NCBI GenBank assembly: GCA_050273025.1
Contig: CP158636.1
Coordinates: 868,001-932,000, forward strand
DNA: 64,000 bases
Origin: Cenococcum geophilum
Lineage: Eukaryota
Direction of reading: 5' to 3'
The translations under genes were made by a program, and so were the position numbers. Shown here piece by piece: positions 40,101 through 51,300 of the stretch (its first letter is position 1; every line of letters begins with the position of its first letter). Under the pieces are notes generated by a model. It did not search any database, was not told the DNA's origin, and saw only the letters and a program-made list of their open reading frames with translations.

Positions 40101-43026
40101 CTTAGTAAGTCCCTTAGGCCTACTAGGATATTTAACAAATCGGGGTCGCGTTTATCCTCTATATTATCGTTAGGTAGGTCCCAAAGCTCCCTTAAAATAC
40201 TCACAGGCAGCGTTATACGCTATAGTGGTTACTTATATATAGTTGCCACCGTACGTTAAACCGTTTTATATAGTAGCTAGTAGAGGGTAAGGAACTCCTT
40301 AACGCAGCGTTTAAGGTGTTATAGCATACTCTCTGCATATTACTTAAGCTAGAGTAATCCGTAGCGGTTAAAGTATCTCGTGAGATCCTTAAGATCGCCG
40401 CCTCCCTATAATATCTCCGCGACCTATCTAGTAGTTCCCTGTAGGGTCTCCATTATAAAGGGGTTATTACCTATACTAGGCTCTATACTTATCTTGCCAC
40501 CAAATAAGGGTTAAATCTAATACTCCTTTAGGTATAGAGCGTATACTATTTTACCTAAGGCTACATTCTCTAGGATGTCCTTTAGGCTTATTAGTAATAT
40601 GCGCCCTTCCAAATCTTTATCGTTCCACCATTTAAAGGCTCTAGTCTTAAAGCGTATCTTAAAATCTACTTCCGCTAGCTAAGGGTATCTAAAAATAAGG
40701 TTATAACCTATAAAGTTAGCCGCCTAAAAGGGTTGCGGGCCAACTACCTTAGTGCAGTTATATATATCGGCTATTAACACTATAAGCTTATAGGCACTAT
40801 ATAGTTTAATCCAATGCTTATCTAGGAAGCCTACAATAGGTTTCCGCCACCTTTATAATAGGATAAGTTTATACTCTTTTACCAAATCATATTATATAAG
40901 ATTGATTTCGGCGCCGCTGTTATATAGTGCTTAGAACTATCATACCTTACCTATAGGGAGTGTTATTTCCAGCTTAACAGTAATACAGAGAGTCTTTCCT
41001 TCTATATCTTACCCTAGTTACAGTTAGGAGAGGTCTATAACTAGGGCTTTTCTTTTTTTAGATTGTTAGTGCGGTTGTTACCCTACTTATTTTTCCAATA
41101 GGATCTACCTCTGGAGTTTTCTCTTAACTTCTTAAAGTGTTCCTATAAAGGTGCCAGACAGGTATCAAGTTAGCCCTAGAAGTCTTTCCCGTTATTTAAG
41201 GTTCCTAACTTTAACCCTTCTAAAGTTCTCTTTAAGAACGGCTTCTTTAAAGGTTAGGTCTACCCTATATTACTACTAAAGTGCCCGCGCTTTTAGTGAC
41301 CCCCTAGCTTCCTACTAAAAGAGGTCTAGTTCTTTACTATATTCTTAGCGTTTAGAACCGCTCGTTTAAAATCCGCATATATAGTAATCTACGGTAGGGC
41401 TCCTACGCGCTTTATTTTATCACAAATTACTAGCTTAATTCTAGCCTAGATAAATCTAATCTTCTTCTTCTTACGGACGCTGCCGTCCTTATTTTTAAAG
41501 GGCTCTAGATCTATCTATTAAGTATAAGTTTCTATAAAGTTTATAAACTAGCAAAAGTCTTAACGGTCTAGCTGCGTACCATTCCAGAATTATTTTACAT
41601 TATCGTATTATATAATATACAGATCTTAGGTCCAACCCTTTAGGAAGGTCTATAGCTATAGCCATATTATAATTTACTCTTTATTAAGTTAATTAAGCGC
41701 GATCTAGTTTAGTAATCGGTCTTTAATCTTACTAATAATCTAGCGTATACGCTCTTTAGTATTATCTCGTATTATTAGCATCTTAAAGAAGTTATCTACC
41801 TCGCGAACCCAATCGTCCAGCTATTAGGCGTTAGGTCTATAACGAAGTTCTAAACTATTAAAGGCCTTAGCCAGTTAGTCTATATCCTTTTTCTATTTAT
41901 TACATAGGTACCTTTCTAAGTCTTCTATACCTCCTTAGGTAGGTACTAAGTAGCCCCCAGAAAGCCCTTAGCCTTAACTAGGTTATAAAAGAATTTATCT
42001 AGCTTAGATTAGACCCTATCAAATCTAAATTTACCCTTAGAGGGTTCTAATATATTTATTAGTAACTTCCTCCTATATAGCTTCCGAGAGCCTTATAACA
42101 GCTTCCTAATATCCATCTTAAAGGAGATTAGTATAGGGCTCTTAACCTTCCAAACTCAGGCCTAGGGAGGCTCCTGCTATAGAGGTAGTGTTAGTACTAG
42201 TAGCTAGTATAGGCTTCCCAATGGGGCTTAGGTCTTAAGTTAGTAATTGGCTTAGATTACCTAAAGGGGTAGGCCCGCTTAACTCGTAAGCAGTCTATAC
42301 ACCACTACTGTGCCGATTATAGGCCGGTAGTCTTCTAAGAGGGTTCCGGTTAATTCCCTAGTTGGATATATTAGTATATTCCTCTGGCATTTCTAGCTTA
42401 GGGGAAGATCTTAAAGTTGCCTCTAGCGCTTAATCTTTTAATTGGCTTAGGTAGGGCCAAAGGGGTTCCGGCTGCTTTCTAGCAGTATTATAACCGTTAT
42501 AGAGGGTATCTATATTTTCCTTAGCGTTGCTAGTAACTATAGGTGTATAAAAGTCTTCAAGCTCCTAAAGCATCTAGGTATTAGGGCTTATTTGGCCGTC
42601 TTACCCAAAAGGTTATATTATCGCAATCTCTCGCTATTAGAGGGACCTTCCTGCCTTTACGTAATGGCTTTCCATAAGGTATCCGTAGAGTTTCTATTTA
42701 GGTTATCGCGAGATTTTAAGGGAAAATAGTGGTTATAAATAAATAATATAAACAAACAATATGGTCCTTAAAGCCGACTACCCTTCTAAAAAAGAATAGA
42801 AAGGATTTAAATATAAGGGGATCTTATAGACAGGGGGCTATAAGGACATAATTGGAATAAGATAGATTAGTAAGAGAGACAAATCCTTAAGAAGGTAAGG
42901 CCTCTAGGATTATAGAGACTATATACTACGGGTATATACCTCTAGCACGTAACCGGCGACCATCCAAGGGGCGTCTAGGGGTTATCCTAAGGGCAACCCA
43001 AGGTGTCCGCAATAATATCCCTTACA
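34107..43026 (-). mobile_element. Ty3/Gypsy chromovirus family D, full length (8.9 kb) with a long 3' region
   Basis: 215-bp LTRs at 34107-34321 and 42812-43026, with a perfect TTACT TSD (34102-34106, 43027-43031). Poly-C PPT complement ~34325-34333. Motifs: LYDSGAEIN (~40915), IYLDDILIY (~39555), chromodomain YEVEAIL (~36855). Confidence 0.95.
34620..35350 (-). pseudogene. Putative additional ORF of unknown function downstream of pol in family D
   Basis: One minus-strand frame over ~35280-34620 contains only TAA/TAG (RIP-explicable) stops and no TGA. It may extend upstream towards ~36350. Confidence 0.5.
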
Positions 43027-43359
43027 TTACTATAGCGCTAAAATCTATTTTAGGATACTACTAAAGTAAAGAGACATTTATAATCCTATAGGTTAATATT
43101 AGTATACTCACTTTATCAACATATACAAATATTACTCGTAGTGGTACATATGCGGTATTAAAGTTAGTAGTTAATTATTGTCTTAAAGAAAGGGGTTGCT
43201 CTAAGGTTAGATAGTTAGTCTCACTTTATAGTCTTATAACTACGTCACGTAATTAACGTTCCGACACTAGAGCAACTCTAAAGAAAAGGCTAATCTACAC
43301 TTTAAAGTTAAGTCTTTTAGACTACTTATAGCGTATACGTAATAGCTAGCTCTTCTATC

Positions 43360-43912
43360 TATAATATATAATAGCTAAAGATCTAATTAATACGTAATAA
43401 TCTGCTAAATTCTGCCAAAATTCTACCAAATTCTGCTATGCCGTTAAACCAGCTAATTAGGATTTTCCATCCCCGGAATAGAAAATCGCTATTAGTTCGC
43501 CCGCCACTAGTGCCTTAGCGGTTAGCTCTGCATAGTCCGAGCTTATTATACCTAGTTAAACTAAAGCTAACTCTATTTATTTAACCTACCCTATAGCCTA
43601 TAATTTAACCTTTATCATAGCGTCCGCAGGGTTAGTATCTCCATTAATATTAATTATTAAGCGTTTTTCTTGCGTAGTTCCTTATCGGACGAGACAGTTG
43701 TATAAAGACTTTAAATTAGTGTAGAGAATTGCGGACATTACAAATATTACGGATATTATTAATATTGCGGATCTTGCGGATATTGCGGATATTGTGGATA
43801 TTGCAGATCTTACAGATATTGCAGATATCAGACACTGCGGATATTAGATACTAGTGTCTTAGCGGTGCAAATAAGTAGGCGTGTATAAGGTATTATAGGT
43901 AGTCCTATAATA
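43360..43912 (-). mobile_element. Probable solo LTR (~553 bp) nested in the pol-less element
   Basis: CTATC flanks at 43355-43359 and 43913-43917, with RIP-form TAT...ATA ends. The right end resembles the family C LTR terminus and 29321-29347. It contains 9-bp cggatattg repeats at ~43732-43830. Confidence 0.6.
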
Positions 43913-45797
43913 CTATCTTAGCTACATCCTAGGAGCTTTTAGGGCTGCTAAGGGTAGCCTTCGGCTAGGCCTTAGCCACCCCCTATAAGCTCTTTAGGCT
44001 TACAGCCTCCTTCCTCCCCTATTAGTTCGTCTCTCTCTTTCTCCTATATAAGGGTATTGCCTACTCCCTACTATACACCTAGGTAATACCTTATAGTTTA
44101 TTTATTTAACCTACGCCAATAGAGTTATAGGCTTTAACTAGAACCCCCTCCATATTAACACCCGTAGTACTTACGTACTATTTAAATCCTTTATAGCTAA
44201 GGTTTTAGCTATTTTAGTTACGGCTTTAGTTGTTCCGGTTATAGTTCCGGCCTTAATCTTAACTATAGTAGCGGCAATCCGTAAAGGTAGTATACACTCC
44301 TTAACTAGGGTATTCCTTCTCCTATATAACGGTTAAAGATTATAACTTATTAACTAACTAAAATAAGTCTTCTTTAGGGTTTAAGACGGCAGTTCTATAG
44401 GTAGGAACTCCCTAGTAAGCCTTCTGGTTATCTATATAGATCTTTATAATTATAGCCACCTCCTTACTATATCTAGGTCTTTGCCTAGGTCCTTACTCTA
44501 TACTAGGCACAGTTAGTTTAGGTAGTATATATATATATAGCTGCTACAGTTACTACAGCTACTATAGTTGCCGCTCTCTTAACTATAGCAATTAGTTATA
44601 ATTAGAGGATTAAGGACCGGGAGGGGTAGTAGGGGTAGTAGGGGTAGTGGGGGTAGCGACTAGAGTAGCTAGTAGTGCAGCAATTAGGGTAGCTGGCGGT
44701 ACAGCGATTAGGACAACTAGTAGTACAGTAATTAAAATAGCTAGTGGAATTGGCGGAGTAGCTAGTGCAGATATAATAGGTGTTTAAGGTGTTGTAGCTA
44801 TAAGGGTAGTTATTAGTTTAACGAAGTTAGGGTTAAAGTTAGTAGTACTAGGGTGAGGATACTAGGCAGGAGGAGGACTAGGTAGAGTAGTAGCACTAGG
44901 GGGGGTAGTAGGGGTAGCGATTAGGGTAGCTAGCAGTGGGGGTAGTTACGGCGGAGACTTTATAGGTAGTTATGGTATTATAGGGGTAGGTGTCTACGTT
45001 TTAGGCAGTATTATAGCTATAGGCTAAACTAATTCTAGGCCAATAGCTAAACCGTTAAGAGTATGGTTTAGTCTATCCCTAATAGTACTAGGGTAAAGAT
45101 ACTAGGCAAAAGGAGGACCAGGTAGGATAGTAACTATAGCTATAGGCTAACCTAATAGACCGTTATAAGTGTGGTTTAGCCTGTTTTATAGTACTCTTAA
45201 AGCTAGTAGTTCTGCTAACTCCCTAATAGTTTTTATAATCTCCTTATCTGTCTATTAATACAGCTCTTCTTCTTATATAACTTTAAATAGTAGCTTAAAT
45301 ATAGTAACTCTGCTATTACGTCTGCCTACGTAAACACCTCTTTTAAGGAAATATCTTTATAGCTTAGATTTAATATCTATGCGTATCTTCTTAAAACTCT
45401 CTACTATAAACCCCTCGAACTGCTTCTAAAAGATATACTATAAGTCGTTATCTATAAAGTCCTATGTTAGGTATATTATTGTCTCTATAAACTCTACTAG
45501 TTCGTCCTTTATAGCCTTATCTGCATCGATTCCGTATCCGTATTTTCTAGCTATCACAGCCTATTCTTTCTCTATTGGTGCTATAGTTATAGATATAAGG
45601 GTAGGTATAAGGGTAGGTATGAGGGTAGTCTTAAATAGAGGTCGAGATTAAGGTTAAGGTTAAGATTAAGGTTAAGGTCGAGATTAAGGTTAAGGTTAAG
45701 GTTAAGAGTATAAAGGTAAGGGTATAAGGGTATATGCGTGTCCCCTTAACAAGTCTACAGTTTTTAAAGACTAAAGACTAAAGACAATTCTTAGCAG

Positions 45798-46100
45798 AGA
45801 TACGGTCCTCTAGGCGATCTAACGCGTTAACAGTTAAGTTAATACATAGTTTTAAGCTTTAAGGGTCCTCTAGGCGATCTAACGCATTAGCAAGCTAATA
45901 CGTGGTTTTAAGCTTTAAGGATAACGTAGCTCTCTCTAAGTAAAGATACGGTTCTCTAGGCGATCTAACGCGTTAGCAGTTAAGCTAATACGTAGTTTTG
46001 AGCTTTAAGGGTAACATAGTTTTCTCCTTTAACTAAAATAGGGCGATAGCTCTACGATTTAACGTGTTAGCAGTTAAGCTAATACGTAGTTTCAAGCTTT
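45798..46100. repeat. Four imperfect ~55-85-bp repeats in the 5' leader of the pol-less element
   Basis: ctctaggcgatctaacgcgttagcagttaagctaatacgtagttttaagcttt recurs near 45808, 45868, 45954 and 46050. Confidence 0.88.
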
Positions 46101-47073
46101 GCTATTACGTATTTCCTAATCTATACGTCTACTAATTAGTGTTAGTATACTCGCTTTATCAACGTGCACGAATATCACTCGTAGTGGTACGTATGCGGTG
46201 TTAAAGTTAGTAGTTAATTATTATCTTGAAGAAAGGGGTTGCTTTAAGGTCAGACAGTTAGTCTCGCTTCGTAGTCTTATAACTACGTCACGTGATTAAT
46301 ATTCCGACAGTTAGTTAAACTAAGAAAAGAAGGTTATAAGGTGTAAGGGTAAGAGAAGCAGGAAACGTTATAGGGGATTATTATTACAATCGCAACTATA
46401 ATACCCCTATAATTTTAGCTTAGTATATATTAGCCCCTTACCTTATTACCCCTAAGACGCTATACTATACTAAACTCCACTATTATAACTTGTACTTCTT
46501 TAAAGATCTATAATAAAAAACTAAATGGCTAATTAAAGTAAGGATATATAGCTATCTCCTATATTACAGACGCTTTAAGTATAATATTATAACTCTTAAG
46601 AGAGGAGTTAAAAGAAGCTAATTAGTTAATAAGGGCACAGTCTAAGGTGGAACCGATAAAGGGTGCGTTTAGTTACAGCTCTAAATTAAACCTAAAGGCT
46701 CTAGAACCGAGCTAATCTAGAGCCCCAATCTAATCTAAAGGCGACTATTCGGTCAATCTAATGTTATAAAACACCCCCGTAACACCTTATACACGCCTAC
46801 CTATTTCTACCAACTACGAGACCGCAATTTGCCGCGACCTATAGCAATTAAACGGCAACCTACTATATTTCGCCAAGTTCTACTAAATTCTGCTATATTC
46901 CGTCGAGTTTTACTAAATTTTACTAAGTTCTGCTAGAACTACGACCTAAATCCTATTCTACTCCGTATATATATTAACTAAGTAACTAAGTTAATAATAT
47001 ATAACCTTTCTCCCCGTTTTTCTACCTTCTTTTCTTATAAAACGTCTTAATCTTATTATACAGTTTATATATA

Positions 47074-47480
47074 ACGTATTCCACCACCGAGCCGGCAGTC
47101 CATTTCCCCACCAAAAATCGTAAAAATCACAATATAATATCTTAACAACCACTTAATAATAAAATCTAATAATTTAGATTTAGACTTTTATATACACTCT
47201 GCAGCTTCTATTAAAGTTACATAGTATATAGGTTAGTAGTTTTTAAGATATTAAAATTTGGGGGCCAAATTATGGCCAAATTACTATATCTTAAAAACTA
47301 CTAACTTATATACTATGCAACTTTAATAGAAGCTGCAGAGTGTATATAAAAGTCTAAATCTAAATTATTAGATTTTATTATTAAATGGTTGTTAAGATAT
47401 TATATTGTGATTTTTATAATTTTTAGTGGGGAAATAGACTGCTAGCTCGGTGGTTTTGCCGGCTTAGTGGTGGAATACGT
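47074..47480. mobile_element. Fold-back MITE (407 bp) with pogo/Fot1-type ends
   Basis: TA|acgtattccacca...tggtggaatacgt|TA. The inverted arms are 47074-47251 and 47286-47480. The host LTR is continuous across the TA. Confidence 0.92.
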
Positions 47481-48324
47481 TATAGCTTAATAATATCTAC
47501 TTTACTATATATTATTGTCGCTTATACTTACTTCGTAATACTATATTACGTTAAACCTATACCCTATACTACCTTAACTAGTATATAAAATAACCTAAAA
47601 GCCCCTATATCTGTAAAAGACCTATACGCTATATTTACCAAATAAATAGAGACTCTGTAATAAGCTTTTACGGACACCCTTACCTATTAAGAAGCCTAAT
47701 ATTATAAGTTAATTAAATCTCTAAAAAAAAGAAATTAAAGAGATCCGCCGAAACCCACTATCTACCCTACTATTACCCCTACTTACCGCCACCGGTATTA
47801 ACCTATAAACACTAGGTAGAGAGAACATATCTAAAACTAGCTCCTTAACCCCAAAATTATTAACTAGTACCTTTAAAAAAAAGTTAACCAAATATCTGTT
47901 AGGTAAAACCTAAGTAGATAGTTATATAGCCGTAAGGTACGGGCGACCCTAGGGCAACCTAGGGGTAACTCGCCCATAAGGTACGTGCTCTGCACATACC
48001 TAGGGAAAACCCTTCCTACCTCGCACACAGACTCCTTCTTTTCCCTTAAGGATTTGTCTCTGTCTATACAATATACCCATTATTCTATCATTGGACTCTC
48101 TATCTACATCCTTACCTTATATTTAAATCCTTACCAATCCCCTTAAAAGGATAGCCGGTTTAATTTTTCTATAATACCTCTAAAAAGAAAACCGACGCCT
48201 ACACCTAACAGTAATACGCTAGTGATGCGACTACAAAACGCCTTAGGATCTAGTATAGACGAAACCGCTAAAAGCACACCAGTAGTATCTAAGCCATTCT
48301 CTAAATCCTAAAACGATTAGATAT

Positions 48325-51300
48325 TGTCAGATAATCTATATTCTCTAGAGGCGTAGACCATACACAAGTCACGTGCATTATAAACCTCTTCATCTGAGCC
48401 CGAGGGCCCTAGGTCCAAAATCAGGTCAAGACGATCAAGATCATCAATCAATCAACCCATTTCATCAATGAACAGCTTAATACGAGTTACGTGACAGTTA
48501 TAAGCCCGGTCCGCCGACCCAAGAAGCTATTCAGCTAATACTCAATCATTTGAAGAGATTTTACCTCATCGTCAGACTCTGACACCTTATCGTCCTCATC
48601 GTCTTAGGACGCAGACTCTAACAGAAATCCTACCTCAATTGTCACAGGACGAGATTCCACGAGATTCCACGAGATTCCACCTTAATCGTCATAGGACGAT
48701 CCTAATGATAAGGATAATCCTAATAACGAGGACGATCCTGACGACAAATTCTATCTTAATTCCCATCTGCCTATTAGTTAAATGACTCTACCGAGGTCGA
48801 GGTTGTCTACCACAATTATCCTTAATAAGCCAGAAGACTGGGAGTAATGGATCTGGCAACTATAAGCCCTTATAGATAAACGAATTTGGGCCCACATTAA
48901 CCCAGACAATGCAGCACCTTAATAAGGTCTACTATAAGAACTAGCCTATCCAGAAGTTATAGATTTTAATAAGAATGCAACCTTATATATATAGCTCTCG
49001 ACGAATTAACAGAGGGCGTACGAGAATAGCAGACGATACTACGACTAAGATATGAAGTACTTCCTAAAATAGGAAGAGCATCTGTAACAGATACGCACCT
49101 AGATCACGTCCATAGTATTAATTTAGAAGAAGCTACTGCTTAACCCTTCCTTAATAGTTAAAGAATAGCTATCTTAACTAAAGGAGAACACCGAACCTAC
49201 CTTGTTGTTTGTTAGGAAGAAGGTACAACACTAATATATAGAAGCTCTTAAGGGGTTCAAATAGTTGTTAAAATTGAACTAATGGCTAGATCAATAGGAA
49301 CACGTAATAGTACTAGGAGAGAAGTACAAGATCCCTTAAATGTTAGAAGGAATCTAGCTTTAAGATTTAGCAGACATTATTTAACCTTTTAGCAACGCCT
49401 ACTATATAAAGTACACTACCGAGTTAAATAACCCTTAGAAGTTGAGATCTTCTAAATACCGCAGAGTAGTAAAGGAGCTGTAAGAAGGACTTATAAGACC
49501 CTTAAAGAAAGCCAATACTACTATAAGGGGGAGTACCTTTAATGTAGACTTCGTAGAGCAAGCCATTAAGGATCACTCTAATACTACTAAAGGTTTATAA
49601 AGAGGAAGAGCCTTAGCATATAATAGATGCTTAAAGAGAGCCGGGACACTAGTAGATAAGAAGACGTCCTATAAGAAGCTAATACCTAAGTGCTTAGCAT
49701 ACGGAATACGAGGTCACTCCCTTAAGGACTATTAGTATTTATTTAAAGACAAGAGACCTATAGGAGTTATAATAGGAGATACTCGCATTAAAAGGGCACT
49801 AAAGAAGGTAGAAAAGAATAAGAATCTCGCTGACTAAGTTATAAAGATCAGACTTAAAGAACAGGAAGATAAAGCTTAATAACGACAGGACAAGAGCTAG
49901 AAGACAGTTAAGATTAAGGGAGAAGCTAATGCAATATTCCTAGAATCGTATCACACCGGTTAACTCCATCTACTAAAGCTATTGACTATTCTTAACTTAG
50001 GAACCACTCTCCATATCTTTAATAACCTCTCTCGTTTCTATAACTTTAGAAAAGCTCTAAGACACAAATACGTCATCGCCGGCAGCTTAGAAGTGCCTAT
50101 ACTAGGCTACGGCGATATTACCGTCTAAGTTATAAAACTAGATAAGAGTAAGGGAAACCTACGTCTTAAGAACGCTGCCTTTTATACGGACTTTAATATA
50201 AATCTAGTATTATTCCGTCTACTTTAAAAATAAAGGTACTACTAGGACAATAAAGGAGACAACAATCTTCTAGTTTAAAAGGATAATATAATCCTATGTT
50301 AAATGGAAGAACTTTACGGATAATAGACTATTAAATACGTTTAATTAGGAAACTTAAAATCCGTATTTAATATTAGCTATTTAATACGCCGTTAATAGAA
50401 GCGGATATCGTTAAGAGACGTTTATCTAGATTTAAAAGGTAATATACGTCTATAGTATCTACGTCTAGGTTATTTAGAACCTATAAGCCTTTACTATTTA
50501 GGTCTTAACGCCCTAGGAGTTAAGCTTTATGGCCCAAAGACGATAGAATATTAACACTGCAGTCTTACCAAAATTAAGCATTAGGTCTTACGAAGGTTCT
50601 TAAAACGGAAAATTAATAAACCCTATCTTAACCTATATATTAACTAGACTAACCTTAAGAAAGCGCATACTAGTTTTATACGAGTTATACTTATCCACAA
50701 CACCTTCTTAAGAAGATCCTTCCTATATTTTATAACAACGCATAGCAAGGAGAAGAAGACACTACGAGTGCTTAAAGATTTCACCTAGTGGATTTGTTTA
50801 AGGTATAACCTTAAAGTCAACACTATTAGATCAGACAACGAGCTAGGGAGAAGGAGAACCCTTAAATGGCTATAAACTCAAGGGATTATATTTAAGCCTT
50901 CGGCGCTATATACCTAAGCTTAAAATAGTACCGCCGAACGCTTAGGGGGTGTAATTATTAAGAGAGCACGAGCAATAAGAATTGCTACTAATCTACCACA
51001 TAATCTATAGAACGAGATAGTTAACTATGTAGTTTACCTTCGAGATTAAACGCCACGGGAAAGCAATAGTTGGAAATCGCCATATAAGAGGTTCTATACC
51101 TTCCTAGCCAATAGGAGATTAAGAAAGCCGTAACTAGCGCACCTAAAAGCCTACGGCTATAGGGCGTACGCAATAATGTCGGACGCCCAGCTAAAGAAGA
51201 AAAGGCTAAGCAAGCTAGATCCGCGAGCCCATATCGGCTACCTCGTTAGCTATAACTCTACCAATATCTATAGGATCTGGATCCCATATAAGGGTATCGT

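Larger units (their letters stand above)
43097..46309 (-). mobile_element. Non-autonomous LTR element with a gag-like ORF and no pol; probably derived from Copia GalEa
   Basis: 170-bp LTRs at 43097-43266 and 46140-46309; TSD GTTAA/GTTAG. CTAATTAGT directly follows the 5' LTR on the minus strand (46131-46139). There is a Pro-rich gag-like remnant ~45590-43920. No RT or integrase motifs were seen. Confidence 0.8.

Noticed and set aside
46368..46412. Inverted repeat ttatagggg...cccctataa in the basal layer
   Set aside because: It is short and single-copy, plausible by chance in RIPed DNA, and has no TSD evidence.
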